Virus record (IMG/VR): IMGVR_UViG_3300011242_000002
Coordinates: 1 to 64,000 of that record
DNA from: a virus
Lineage: Duplodnaviria > Caudoviricetes
DNA length: 64,000 nt
Strand: one strand, 5' to 3'
A program made the translations under genes and the position numbers. Of the stretch, positions 18,816 through 29,700 are shown piece by piece. Each line of letters opens with the position of its first letter. The stretch's first letter is position 1. A model generated the notes under the pieces. It made no database searches and was not told the DNA's origin. It was given only the letters and a program-made list of their open reading frames with translations.

Positions 18816-18817
18816 CC

Positions 18818-19645
18818 ATGACTTTGCAGAACATCATTCATAAGCGCATCAACGACCTGATGGCGCCTGCCTTTAACAAGGTCTTTGGCACCAACCTGAA
18901 GTTTACCGACTTTGACTTCGTGGCGGTGGCACCGAACACCGCACAGGGGTCCACCAAAGACACCAAAGGGACGATCGTGGCGGTAGAAGGCTCCAAGGCC
19001 TACACCGGTCAACGCACCGTCACCTACAACCGTCTGGACGCTACCCAGCTGTTCTACGGCGTGCCGAAGTTCATTGAGCTTGCCGGTAACCAGCTTGACG
19101 AGTATTCGGTGGTGGGCTACCTTGCCAACCGCTACGGTCTGCAGTTAGACGTGGCGCACATTGAATCGGTCACGCTGGGGCAGGGCTACGTTGAAGTGAC
19201 CTTCGCCGATAGCTCACCGATCATCAAGAACAAAGTACGCTTTGGCTACTACGCCGCGTCAATCGACCTGAACGAGTTGATTGCCGACGGTATCGTGGGT
19301 GCGTTGCACACGCCAGAGATTGCCTCTACCGGTAACATCAGCCTCTACAGCTATCCGTTAGATTTAACATTTGTTAAACATGACATAGAGGGCCTTGCGA
19401 TCGGTTCCAACGCACCGCTGGCGTTAGCAGATACCCTGCTGGCCGTTACCGGGGATCCGTGGACCATCTCTGCACAGGCAAACAACTATAACCTGGCCGA
19501 AGCCAAGCTGGTGTTCCAGGGTCTGTCGTCCGAAGCCAACGCGCAGGGCTTCCCGGCCAATACCCTGTACCCGAAATGTGCGGTCTATCGCCTGTCAAAC
19601 CTCTGCACTAACTTTAGCGGGTTGCTGCTGGTGAACCTGTATTAA
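18818..19645 (+). CDS. virion tail/fibre-associated protein, paralog family
   Basis: YTGQRTVTYNRLD, YGLQL, LLAVTGDPW..NYNLAEA motifs. Confidence 0.7.
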   Translation: MTLQNIIHKRINDLMAPAFNKVFGTNLKFTDFDFVAVAPNTAQGSTKDTKGTIVAVEGSKAYTGQRTVTYNRLDATQLFYGVPKFIELAGNQLDEYSVVGYLANRYGLQLDVAHIESVTLGQGYVEVTFADSSPIIKNKVRFGYYAASIDLNELIADGIVGALHTPEIASTGNISLYSYPLDLTFVKHDIEGLAIGSNAPLALADTLLAVTGDPWTISAQANNYNLAEAKLVFQGLSSEANAQGFPANTLYPKCAVYRLSNLCTNFSGLLLVNLY

Positions 19646-19658
19646 AAAGGAACAGTAA

Positions 19659-20543
19659 ATGAAACGTAATATTCGCACCATCTACGGCAACATGCTGCAG
19701 GTTGCTAACCAGCTGGGGATTCCACACCGCATCCTCGAGCGCTCCACGCTGAACGAAAAGTTCGGTCGCCTGGCCGGCATTAAGCCGCCAACCAGCACCA
19801 ACCCGAAGATGCAGTACTTCACCATCGGCTACGGTGGTCACCTGGGCTACATGGGGTCTAACGGTACCTACCTGTCGACCGCCATTGACCATCAGCCGGA
19901 CCACGCGGCGCTGTACAAGCACCTGCCGTTCGTACTGCGCGAACCGGGGAAAGATCTGGATGCCGCCCAGCGTGACAAGTATCGCCTGCGTACCATCTGG
20001 ACCGATTCCAGCGGCAAGAAGTACATTGCTTACTGGGCGAAGGTGATCACCACCTCCAACCTGGTGATTCAGTCTACCAAGACCGTGCGCGACCCGATTA
20101 CCGGTGCATTGGTGCCAAGCGATTGGGCGCCGGACTCCAACGCCCTGAACCCACAACCGCCGTCATTGGACACCAACAACCTGGATCAGGTGGTGACCTC
20201 CTCAACGTTCTATTCCGCAAACGTCGAGCTGGATATTTCCCTGACCGCCCAGGATTGTGCGGAGCTGCTGAACGTGGCTCGTATCATGTTCAAAGACGAA
20301 GCCTACGCGCTGGTCTCAGAATACGGCTTGGTCTCCGGCGTGGACCAAACCACCACCGGCGATAACGGGTTGGGTGGCAACATCCAGTATAAGGAAATCG
20401 TTGGGGCGCAGATCAACAACTTCCTGACCAACCGCGGTGCCGCGGCAGACGATTCCGATTCCGGGATTGAGTGCCTGGTGAACTACGGTGCGACCGAAGC
20501 CCTGGTGGCTGACAGCGCGGTCAATGCCACGTTCCTGAGCTAA
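19659..20543 (+). CDS. virion structural (baseplate) protein
   Basis: STLNEKF, YFTIGYGGH, LPFVLREP-DL, YIAYWAK, SEYGLVSGVD motifs typical of a phiKZ-like structural family. Confidence 0.7.
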   Translation: MKRNIRTIYGNMLQVANQLGIPHRILERSTLNEKFGRLAGIKPPTSTNPKMQYFTIGYGGHLGYMGSNGTYLSTAIDHQPDHAALYKHLPFVLREPGKDLDAAQRDKYRLRTIWTDSSGKKYIAYWAKVITTSNLVIQSTKTVRDPITGALVPSDWAPDSNALNPQPPSLDTNNLDQVVTSSTFYSANVELDISLTAQDCAELLNVARIMFKDEAYALVSEYGLVSGVDQTTTGDNGLGGNIQYKEIVGAQINNFLTNRGAAADDSDSGIECLVNYGATEALVADSAVNATFLS

Positions 20544-20556
20544 GGTAGGGTGACGG

Positions 20557-21390
20557 ATGAATATCTTTGATAAAGACCGTGACCGGCTGATCTTTGATTT
20601 GATCGAAGAGCGTAACCACATTACGCTTAACCGTACGGTAGCGGTATTGACCAACTGGGTAAACGGTACCGGGGCAAACGGCGTGGATGCGATGGTCGAC
20701 GTGGTCTCTAACGACCCGGCGATTTATTACAACATGAAGCGCATCAGCTACGGTAAGCTCGATCTCGATAACGAGTTCAAGCTGCTGAACCCGACGCTGA
20801 AGTTTACCGCAAGCGACACCAGCTATACGTTGCTACCCGCCATCAACGCCAAGTACGGTCTGGTGCTGACCACCGACGATATCCAGCTCACCACAGTGGA
20901 TACCTCGGTGAACCCGTGGCAGATTCCGATTCGGGCGAAGACCACATCACCGATCGTCAAGACCAGCGTGCAGGGGGTGTTCTTTAAGCTCGATACCACC
21001 CCGTACTTAAAAGACGTGTTGAAGACGCTGAAGCTCACCGGCCTGACCCCGCCGTCGCAGGACCTGGCGCGCCTGCAGGGTCCGCTGATGACCTACCCAG
21101 CGTTTGCCGCAGACGGCTCAGCGTTGCGGAACTACGCCGTGGGCTACGTGATGTCAGCGCCGACCCAAAACGATTGGGCGATTGCGGATATCCTGTCCAC
21201 CACCACCGGCGAAGTCTGGGGGTTCACCCAGAGCAACTTCACCCTCTACGGGGCAACGGTGGCCTATAACGGACTGACGGTGCTGGCGCAGTCGAAGGGC
21301 TATCACGTGAACACTGCCTACACCAACGTCCTGATCCTTAACTGTGGGGTGGTGGGTAAGGTTGGTGGCTACGTGATGGTGCATTACTAA
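20557..21390 (+). CDS. virion tail/fibre-associated protein, paralog family
   Basis: YGKLDL, LLPAINAKYGLVLTTDDI, LSTTTGEVW..FTLYGATVAYNG. Confidence 0.7.
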   Translation: MNIFDKDRDRLIFDLIEERNHITLNRTVAVLTNWVNGTGANGVDAMVDVVSNDPAIYYNMKRISYGKLDLDNEFKLLNPTLKFTASDTSYTLLPAINAKYGLVLTTDDIQLTTVDTSVNPWQIPIRAKTTSPIVKTSVQGVFFKLDTTPYLKDVLKTLKLTGLTPPSQDLARLQGPLMTYPAFAADGSALRNYAVGYVMSAPTQNDWAIADILSTTTGEVWGFTQSNFTLYGATVAYNGLTVLAQSKGYHVNTAYTNVLILNCGVVGKVGGYVMVHY

Positions 21391-21431
21391 ACAGGAAGGT
21401 GGGGGTGACCCCACCGCCTAAGTGAGGCAGT

Positions 21432-22046
21432 ATGGTTTATCACGATCAACGTCCGGTACAACCGTTCCGCGTCGTGAGCATAGACCCCGGCACAGAAACC
21501 ATGGGGGTCTCACTGCTCGAGTTACACCCCATCACCCTGGAACAGCGCTTCGTTGAAGCCTTTACCATGCGGGGATCGGTCCTGAACTACTACTGGGGTA
21601 ACGTCCTGCACGACGGTGACGGTCGCGACTCACGCCTGATTGCGCTGGAGAACCAGCTGGTCACCTATTTCCAGTACGCACAGCCGCACATGGTAGTGTA
21701 TGAAGATAACTACCTCGGTGCCTCGCCGCAGTCCTTTAAGGCGCTGATTGAAGCCTGCATGTGCATCAAGCATGCGGTCTGGAAATACAACCCTTACCTG
21801 ACCTCTTACAGCGTCAAGCCTAACCAGGCTAAGTCAACGGTCAATGCGATTGCCCGAAAGGGCATGAGTCAAGAGGAGCGTAAAGGTTTGGTGCGTCAAG
21901 GTTTAATGACCTACCAGCCCTTACGTGTCCCGCCACTGATCCTAGCCGGTTTGGATGAGCACGCGATCGACGCCATTGCCATTGGAGCGTATGCGCTGCA
22001 GGAGATCACTAATGAACTGCTGTTAAGCGAGTGGAGACAACCATGA
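21432..22046 (+). CDS. ruvC: RuvC-like Holliday junction resolvase
   Basis: VVSIDPGTETMG, VVYED, DEHAIDAIAIG acidic catalytic motifs. Confidence 0.85.
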   Translation: MVYHDQRPVQPFRVVSIDPGTETMGVSLLELHPITLEQRFVEAFTMRGSVLNYYWGNVLHDGDGRDSRLIALENQLVTYFQYAQPHMVVYEDNYLGASPQSFKALIEACMCIKHAVWKYNPYLTSYSVKPNQAKSTVNAIARKGMSQEERKGLVRQGLMTYQPLRVPPLILAGLDEHAIDAIAIGAYALQEITNELLLSEWRQP

Positions 22047-22441
22047 GTCGTGAAAAAGACGGGACGGTTGATCCGGTGCTGGAAACGGAAGATCGGGTAT
22101 TGGATGCACTGCAAAACTCACCCCATGGTCTGGTGTCAAAAGCCATGGTGTTTTGCGGCTCTGTTGCTGTGCTGACCACCTGTGCCTGCGCCCTGATCTT
22201 CTTTGGCACCTGCGTCTTGCATGTGTGGCGTAATAACTCCTGGCCACCAAACGTTGGCTGGGGTATTACGTCGGTAATGTTGATCGGGCCGGTACTCACC
22301 GCCTGGCAGTTTATGGGGGTGCGCAAGATCCTCACTTCCATCTTCTCGGAGCGCAACTCCCTTGGCTCGATCGTCAAGGAAGTGGTGGCCCGCAGAATGG
22401 GGATGACCCCAACCCGCAATTCGGATGACCCATCGGCATAA
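22043..22441 (+). CDS. putative holin (2 TM segments)
   Basis: Two hydrophobic segments, charged termini, GGAG RBS before ATG at 22043, adjacent to the spanin pair. Confidence 0.5.
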   Translation: MSREKDGTVDPVLETEDRVLDALQNSPHGLVSKAMVFCGSVAVLTTCACALIFFGTCVLHVWRNNSWPPNVGWGITSVMLIGPVLTAWQFMGVRKILTSIFSERNSLGSIVKEVVARRMGMTPTRNSDDPSA

Positions 22442-22485
22442 AACAGACCCTGGGGCCGCTCACGCAGTCCCAGGGTCTTATGCCG
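22435..22485. terminator. bidirectional GGCATAA-hairpin-TTATGCC element
   Basis: AGACCCTGGG/CCCAGGGTCT stem flanked by inverted GGCATAA/TTATGCC between convergent genes. Confidence 0.75.
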
Positions 22486-22487
22486 TC

Positions 22488-22955
22488 TTAGTGCGTAACG
22501 GGTAATACACTGACTTGGTTGGTTTGTTCAATGGTGCGTAACAGCCCTTGGGTGTATTGCAGCAGCGTATTGTAACGGTCGGCCAGGTCATCGGCTTCGG
22601 AACCCAGGCGGATTAAAAAGACGCTCACCTCATCGGGAAGGTAATAGACGTCATAGTCCACCGCATCATAGGTAGTCGTCACCACCGGTGATGTTGGCGT
22701 CAGCGATGGCGCGGTCGGTCCGTCGGCGTGGAACTGGGTTAACAACCGACTGCTAAAGTCAGTGTTGACCGACCGATCCAATGCCGCTGGAATGCCCTGC
22801 ACCACCAGACGTTTGCTGTCCAGCGTCTGCTGGGTGGTTGCCGATGATGGGGCTGGGGGTAGCTGGCTTTCTGACTGACAGCCGAAGAGCCCCAGCAGCG
22901 ACAGCATCAACGCGCTCGTTAGTAACCGCTTGGTTAGTCGCTTTGCGTTTTTCAT
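22488..22955 (-). CDS. Rz1: o-spanin (Rz1-like lipoprotein) with atypical long C-terminus
   Basis: Signal MKNAKRLTKRLLTSALMLSLLGLFG-C lipobox, Pro-rich after Cys, starts inside the i-spanin gene in another frame. Confidence 0.75.
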   Translation of the reverse strand: MKNAKRLTKRLLTSALMLSLLGLFGCQSESQLPPAPSSATTQQTLDSKRLVVQGIPAALDRSVNTDFSSRLLTQFHADGPTAPSLTPTSPVVTTTYDAVDYDVYYLPDEVSVFLIRLGSEADDLADRYNTLLQYTQGLLRTIEQTNQVSVLPVTH

Positions 22956-23226
22956 AATCCTCACTCAGCTTTTTCGTAATGGCCATCTGCTCTCGGGTAA
23001 TGTCGAGCATTTGGTTGGAGATGTTCTTCAGATCACCCAGCTGGCCACGGATTAACACCATCTCCTCTCCGTTGCGCTTGGTTTCAGAAGTCAGCTTACC
23101 CAGACGTTCTCCGACCGACATTAGCGTGTTAAAGATCCACAGGGCGGCGATAACCAGCACAATCTTCTGCCAGTTCGCCAGCAGCGCTTTCCCACTGCCG
23201 GTCAATAGTGACGTAATACGATCCAT
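22759..23226 (-). CDS. Rz: i-spanin (Rz-like)
   Basis: N-terminal TM, coiled coil, AVAAGALRLSVR motif typical of Rz proteins. Confidence 0.78.
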   Translation of the reverse strand: MDRITSLLTGSGKALLANWQKIVLVIAALWIFNTLMSVGERLGKLTSETKRNGEEMVLIRGQLGDLKNISNQMLDITREQMAITKKLSEDYEKRKATNQAVTNERVDAVAAGALRLSVRKPATPSPIIGNHPADAGQQTSGGAGHSSGIGSVGQH

Positions 23227-23235
23227 AAGTGATTC

Positions 23236-24465
23236 CTAGAAGGTGGATATTTTCAACCAGTAGGCGTTCGGCTTGAGCCACGCATCGGTCATTAACGCAT
23301 AGTCGGTGACCAGCGTCTCCTGCTTGTAACCCACGGTTGTGTTCAGGGCGCCACGCTTCTTATGATGACCGGTCAATAACCGATGCCGGTTACTGCCGGG
23401 CCGTAACAGCGGTTCTGCCATTACCCCATTGTTAAGCACCACAGGGATAGGTTCGTCAGTTGGCACGGTAAACAAACCTGGCCAGCTATGGCCTTCCAGT
23501 GGGATCATCTCCTGATACAGGACCGGGTTGTCAAACACCACCCAGAAGCTCTGGGAGAGCAGCAGCCACGCCTTAATAAAGGCATCACTCTCCAGCACCG
23601 CGCGGGGGATGACGTTTGGCTCGTTCGGGTTAATTTGCGCCGGGATCTGGTCCAGTGCCAGGTAGTCACGGTCGTAGAAGAAGCGATCGGGCCAGTTGAC
23701 GCGTCCGGTTAAGAAGTTGGCTGTGGTATTGCTGATAATGGTCAACAGGTCGTTTTGCCAATACAGGATCCCGCCCACTACCAGCGCCACGGATTTCCCC
23801 TTGGCGTTAAACGGCAGCTTCAGCATTACCTGCTCTTTGAGCGAGCTATAGGTATCGGGGGCATAGATGTCACCGGCACTGATCGGGTAGGTGCTGAGGG
23901 TCGAGAGGTTGTTAAAGGTTAACGCCCCGGTGTTGACCTCGTTGGCATGCCAGGCATCACGACAGGCGCCCAGGATATAGATACCGTCATCAGACAGCGC
24001 TGAGCGATGCAAATAGCCGTTGACCGTAAACAGCGAACGGGCAAACAGCGTTGGGTAATCGACCCCCTGCTTGGCGATCAGCAGGTCTTCGGCGTCGGCG
24101 AAGGTAAAGTCGGTGGTCGGGTGGGACCTGATGCGCGTTGGCTTTTGCGTAAAGCCCCAGGCGTTCAGGTTAGAGAACTTGGCGTGTCGTTCCGTCAAGT
24201 TCGGCAGGACATCGGTGGTCTTCAGCGAGCGGCTGCCGAGGGTGGCGAACCATTGGGGGAGCGTGCCGCTAAAGGCAATCAGTTCAGCATAATAATCCTG
24301 CAGGCGCAGGCAGACGTTCTTGGTGAGGAAGGTGTTGCTCACGATCACTTTGTTTTCGGTATAAGTCCGAATCACATCCGCCACCTTCAGCGTCGAGATA
24401 TCATCGTTAACCAAGCGGGGACGTGATCCCTTCGTTTGCGAAATGCAGGCGACATAACTATACAT
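23236..24465 (-). CDS. virion structural protein
   Basis: 409 aa; SLFTVNGYLH, SVALVVGGIL, LLLSQSFWVVFDNP motifs typical of a phiKZ-like virion family. Confidence 0.65.
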   Translation of the reverse strand: MYSYVACISQTKGSRPRLVNDDISTLKVADVIRTYTENKVIVSNTFLTKNVCLRLQDYYAELIAFSGTLPQWFATLGSRSLKTTDVLPNLTERHAKFSNLNAWGFTQKPTRIRSHPTTDFTFADAEDLLIAKQGVDYPTLFARSLFTVNGYLHRSALSDDGIYILGACRDAWHANEVNTGALTFNNLSTLSTYPISAGDIYAPDTYSSLKEQVMLKLPFNAKGKSVALVVGGILYWQNDLLTIISNTTANFLTGRVNWPDRFFYDRDYLALDQIPAQINPNEPNVIPRAVLESDAFIKAWLLLSQSFWVVFDNPVLYQEMIPLEGHSWPGLFTVPTDEPIPVVLNNGVMAEPLLRPGSNRHRLLTGHHKKRGALNTTVGYKQETLVTDYALMTDAWLKPNAYWLKISTF

Positions 24466-24542
24466 AATCCGTCCTTATATGAAATTCAATCATATGTGTT
24501 TCGTACTTAATACAAGCTATAAAATATCTTGGGAGAAATGCC

Positions 24543-25511
24543 ATGGCTGCTATTAACCTGGGTAACGTTGTTTACCCCTTCAACCCGTTAGCGACCGACG
24601 CGGGCGCCCAGATCAAAGGGGAGGACTACACGCTCACCCCTGCCAACGGAAAGAACTACGTGACTATCATCCCCCGTGCGGCACCGTTCTTCCGCCAGGG
24701 GGTGGTGATCAAGAACGCGGCCAACAACCAGGTGCTGGTAGAAGACCGCGACTACACCTTTGGCTACATGTATAACCAGTTCTCGCAGCTCTTATATAAA
24801 GGGTTGTACGGCTGCATCACGTTCACCAACCTGTCCGCACCGTTAAGCATCAAGATCGACTACGCCACTCTGGGCTCCCCGTTCGTGCTCTCCGGCGCCT
24901 CTTACGCCGGTCTCGTTGCCAACATCGTCAACAACCCGCGGGAGATCTTCTGGGACCAGATTGCTAACCCACCGGCAACCTACCCGCCGATCCCGCACAT
25001 CCAGGCCGCCAGCACCACTCTCGACTACCAGGCCTATATCGATGCGATGAAGGTCGGGCAGAACGTGATCGTCAACGCCATTGCGCAGTACACGGCAGCG
25101 CTGACCGACCACAAGGGAATTAAGAACGCCCACGGGGTAACCGCCCTGGACCTGTTGCTGGAGAAGGTGAAGAACTACCCGATGGCCGCAGCCGCTGATG
25201 TCCCGGGGAACAATGACCAGGTGTACGTCAGCGTAATGATGGCGAAGAAGATCTACCAGTACATGTTCACCGGGCTACCGCTGGTCGCTCTCGACTCGGC
25301 GGTGATTGGTGAACTGCTGCAGGCCAAAGCCACTACCGTGATCCTGCGCGACCTCAACGACGCAGGCCTGATGCAAACCGCGGAACAAACCAACCTCAAG
25401 GATTGGCAAAACTATGTTGGGGCGCTGATCGTGAAGGCCTGTAAGGGCACCACCAACGTTGTGACACCACCGTCACGTAACGCCATCTTTGCACGCTTAT
25501 TAGGACAATAA
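24543..25511 (+). CDS. tail fibre/baseplate-attached protein
   Basis: YPFNP, IIPRAAPFF, PREIFWDQIANPPATYPPIPH, NAHGVT motifs shared with following genes. Confidence 0.7.
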   Translation: MAAINLGNVVYPFNPLATDAGAQIKGEDYTLTPANGKNYVTIIPRAAPFFRQGVVIKNAANNQVLVEDRDYTFGYMYNQFSQLLYKGLYGCITFTNLSAPLSIKIDYATLGSPFVLSGASYAGLVANIVNNPREIFWDQIANPPATYPPIPHIQAASTTLDYQAYIDAMKVGQNVIVNAIAQYTAALTDHKGIKNAHGVTALDLLLEKVKNYPMAAAADVPGNNDQVYVSVMMAKKIYQYMFTGLPLVALDSAVIGELLQAKATTVILRDLNDAGLMQTAEQTNLKDWQNYVGALIVKACKGTTNVVTPPSRNAIFARLLGQ

Positions 25512-25514
25512 CCT

Positions 25515-26771
25515 ATGGGGTTCAATATCAAACATTTGACGTTCGACCCGAGCGGGGTGGCGGCGGCAAATAAAATCACCAACGACCTGATTACGTTACC
25601 GGACTCCCCCATCAACCGGGCGATCGTGCTCAAGTTTGGTATGTTCTACGTCAAGTCCTTGGTGCTGAAAAAAGAAGACGGGACCCCGCTGGTAAAATGG
25701 ACCGACTACCGTCCGGTGGTGCCGTCATCCAAAACCTACCGTGATCTGCGTGAGCGCACCGGGAAAGACATCGGTGCCTGGATCATGATCGACACCAGCT
25801 ACGTCGGACGGGTAATTGCCGAATACCAGGCGGTGGGCTGGTATGAAGGGGCGAGCAATGAGGACCTGATTGACATTCTGACCGCCATTGGCAATGACCG
25901 ACGACCGTTCTATTGGCAGGACATCTCCGATTTGCCAACCGAGTTCCCGTCGATCCCGCACATGCACAGCGTGAAGGATTTCTACAACTGGTACTATGCC
26001 ACCCAGGCGATGCTGCGTTATGCCTCAGCATTGACCCAGTTGAACAAGCTGCCCAGCCTGAATACCTTTATCACCCAGCTGGAGGCGATTCGCACCGACA
26101 TCACCACCAAGGCGGAAACGGTGTACGCGGCGCTGCAAACCCACTACCGGCGGGTGAACAACCCGCACAACTTTACCAGCCAACGGGTTGGTAATGGGCT
26201 GGAGGTGGATCTGCTGAAGGACTACCCGATGGCCACCCTGGCCGAGGCCCTGGACGGTACCCCGGAACGTTACCTGTCGCCGTACGTCGGGTTTAACGCC
26301 GCCTACGCCACACTGATGAAGAATGACGGGGGATTGGTGCACATTGGACGCGTGCCGATGCTGCAGTTTGGTGACTTAACCAATACCGCCATCCCGTACA
26401 GCATCAACGGCTTTGTGCTGAACATCACTGCCGAGGTGCCGGCGATTCTCGCCTCTAAGCACTATACGCTGCCGATCACCGCCATCACCCTAAGCAAGTG
26501 GGTGTCGTCCCCGGCGAACAAAACGCTGTATTTGTATGTGCGCGTGCGCAACAACCGGGCCAGTTATGAAGTGCAGGCGACGCCGATTGCGGAATCCACC
26601 ACCTACATCTATGTCGGCAAAATCGTCACCGGGGCCAGTGCCATTACGTCGGTATCGATCAGCAAGTTTTCCGGCGTCGGGAAGATGCGGGTATCCCCAA
26701 CCAAGATTGGTTCGGCGATTGCGGTCACCACCGGTCTGCCATCGAAAGACGGCACCTACGCCTGGAAGTAA
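25515..26771 (+). CDS. tail fibre protein
   Basis: FDPSG..N, DRRPFYWQDI..P..FP..PHMH, NNPH; C-terminal domain shared with 26798 and 30280. Confidence 0.7.
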   Translation: MGFNIKHLTFDPSGVAAANKITNDLITLPDSPINRAIVLKFGMFYVKSLVLKKEDGTPLVKWTDYRPVVPSSKTYRDLRERTGKDIGAWIMIDTSYVGRVIAEYQAVGWYEGASNEDLIDILTAIGNDRRPFYWQDISDLPTEFPSIPHMHSVKDFYNWYYATQAMLRYASALTQLNKLPSLNTFITQLEAIRTDITTKAETVYAALQTHYRRVNNPHNFTSQRVGNGLEVDLLKDYPMATLAEALDGTPERYLSPYVGFNAAYATLMKNDGGLVHIGRVPMLQFGDLTNTAIPYSINGFVLNITAEVPAILASKHYTLPITAITLSKWVSSPANKTLYLYVRVRNNRASYEVQATPIAESTTYIYVGKIVTGASAITSVSISKFSGVGKMRVSPTKIGSAIAVTTGLPSKDGTYAWK

Positions 26772-26797
26772 TTTTAAGCTAAGAGCAGGAGTGCCCA

Positions 26798-29700
26798 ATG
26801 AACACACCGAGCTTGGAGCGTTACCCGTTTGATTCAACGGGTGAAGCCAAGACCAACCTGGTGGTCAACGAATTACACATCGTCCCGCCGGGAGACAAGA
26901 ACAAGATCTTTGCCCTTCTGGAAGGGGCAGCGTTTAGCAAGTCAATCAAGCTGCGTACCGCAGCCGGCACCTACCTGCGCCCCTGGGTGGACTACCAGCC
27001 GGTGTACCTCTATCCGGAAGCCACCAAGGCAGTAGGGGAAGCCTGTACCGGTCTGGTATTGGTGATGAACGAATCCGTTGACGGCTACCTTTACGCGGAG
27101 TACCAGGTGGTCGGTGATCGCTACGGGCACAACTCAACGGCGGTAGAAGACCTGCTGTGGTCTGTGACCTCCGATGACCGTCCGGTGTTCTGGCCTGACA
27201 TTAAGGATCGCCCGAGCCTGTTCCCGGCTGCACCTCACAGCCACAACATCTTTACCGATACCGAAGGCTGGGATGCACGTATTCTGCTGGTCGACAGCTG
27301 GACCAGCGACGTGCTGGAAGAGGGTGATCAGTATCGCCTGGACATTATCCGTGATGCTACCGCCATGGTGCGCACCTACCTTAATGCTCGCTTCAACCAG
27401 GTAAACGCCCACATCGACACCCACGTCGCCACACCGCACGCCCATGTGGAAAGTAAAGAACAGGTAGGTTTAGGGCGACTGGACAACATTCGCAAAGCCA
27501 CCACCGCCGAAGCCCGCGCCGGCGTGCGCGAAGACCTGCGCCTGACGGTGAACGGTGCCAGTGCGATTCTGTCTGATGCGGTGCGTTCCTATTCAGCCAA
27601 CCTGATGAAGCAGGGGATTCTGCCAATCTCCCGCTGGGGCAGCTTAAGTTACCTGGAGCCGGGGGTCGCCGGGTCGTTCGAAGGCTCTGCTCAGGTGACC
27701 ACCCGTGATGCGCGTATGATGGTGCAGGAAGTGGACGGTACCCTGGTGCGCCTGCGCCCGGGTAACAACGGCACGTCAATGGGGGTCTACTACGACTACA
27801 TGCTGAACGCCTTTAGCGATCCGCTGGGTGCGCAGATGATCAAAACCAACTCCCAGTACTGGCCAGCCGCCATGGGTACCGAATATAAACCGTATACGCT
27901 GTGGCGCTCAACCCCGGACCTGCTGTGGGGTATAGCCTATGAGGTAGCCTCATTCCCGACGCTGAAGACCAAGAACTTTATTGCGCTTACCGGCTCGTCC
28001 TTTGACTCGTCCAAGCACTATGTGTCCTTTGTGACCAACACCTACGTGCACAGCGAGTACGGCACACGCACCATTACCGACCGCGCGCAGATCACCATCA
28101 TTGACGACTACGTCTACTGCATCGACCATTGTCCGTGGGGCACCACCCGTAAGGTGGGTTTCGTGCTGTTGCGTATGCCGGTTAACGACATCAAGACCAA
28201 AGCCGATGTCACCTGGGAGCTGTTAACGGGTTGGACCGCCACCGGCAGCTTTGCTAACACCCCGGTCAGCGACTCCATCAACATCGCACCGATGGAGTAC
28301 TCGACCGACCCGGCGGACAACCCGATGATTCTCGGTGATGCTCCGATGGCTGCCACGCTGTATCGCAGCTCGTGGATGTTCTATATCGTGTCGGACACTC
28401 CCGGGGTGATCAAGGTGGCAATGGGTGGGGTCATGCACTACTACACCACCCAAAGCCTGAAGGTACAGGCGCTGGGCTGGCGCTGTCAGATCGACGTCAA
28501 CGCCCGTACTGCGAGCTGGGTTGATGCACCTACGCAGATACGCTGCCGCATTAACAACGCTAATCTCGCCACCATCAGCATGGATGATAATGACGCCTTT
28601 AAGTTTACCCAAACCCAGCTGGGGCTGGCGGCTAACCAAACGGACGTCGGCGGGGATGAGTGGGGCGCACTGTATATCGATAACAACAGCGGTTACTACA
28701 TGAAGTCCTACATCACCAACGTGTTGAACACCGGCATCGCCTGGGAGATAGGGCAGATCACCAACTGGACCGGAAAGGCAGCGGCTTGGGATATTCTGGG
28801 TCGTGACGTCAAGCGACTGCGTCGTCAGGTCGATAACCCAACCTTTGGCTCGAAGGTGAACAACAACCTGGCGATGCCGGTGATGTTGCCGGGTAATCGC
28901 GTGATGCTGCGCAGCATGGATGAAAACAACGGCATTAAGGTGGTGCGGGCCGCTTACGGTACCAACAGTGATTATACCTACAACGCCGTGACCGTCGGTA
29001 CCGTCAAAGGGTATGAGCCACAGGTGGACCGTGTTGACATGGTGGGGTATGACCGTAACCTGCGCTTGATCACCTACCTGGACGATAAGGACGTGTTAAC
29101 CAACTGGGGTAGCGTGATGACGCCGTGGCGTACCGCAGTGCCGGTGGACGTAAACAGCGACGGCACCTACAACTCGCTAACCGAGATGACCTGGAAAACA
29201 GCGGAGATCACGGCAGCGGCCATGAGCTTTGCCCGAACGCTGGACGTGGGGCCGTTGGTGATCTCGGCCAACTGTGACATCTATATGCCACAGGACCCTA
29301 CCCTGCCGGTACTGGCGGTGGTCATGACGCGCCACACCACCGAGAAAGGGGTGCAGGCCCGGATGTATGTCACCGGCGTCGACTACACCGGACCACGGCG
29401 TGGTGCGATCACTGACTACACCTTAAAAACCACCGGGCACTACAACGTGGTGATGGCGGCCGATAACAGTTCGGCGGTGGCTAACAACGGCCCCAACCAG
29501 CCGGGGATGGTCATCCAGAAGGTGGGAACCGATCTGTTGATTGCGGCGGGTAGCTCTACGGCGACCAGCTTACCGGGTAGCGGTACTGGGCGAGCGATGC
29601 TGTTTACCTATGATTTGCTCACCGATACTATCACCCCGACCAACCTCAAGGCGGTAACCTGTTCGGTGACCACGGGTGCGATTTCCTGGTGGCCAACGGT

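Noticed and set aside
22700-22761. Stop-codon reassignment or readthrough to extend Rz
   Set aside because: TGA, TAG and another TGA occur in frame; other genes end normally in TGA/TAG and long genes have no internal stops, so the standard code applies
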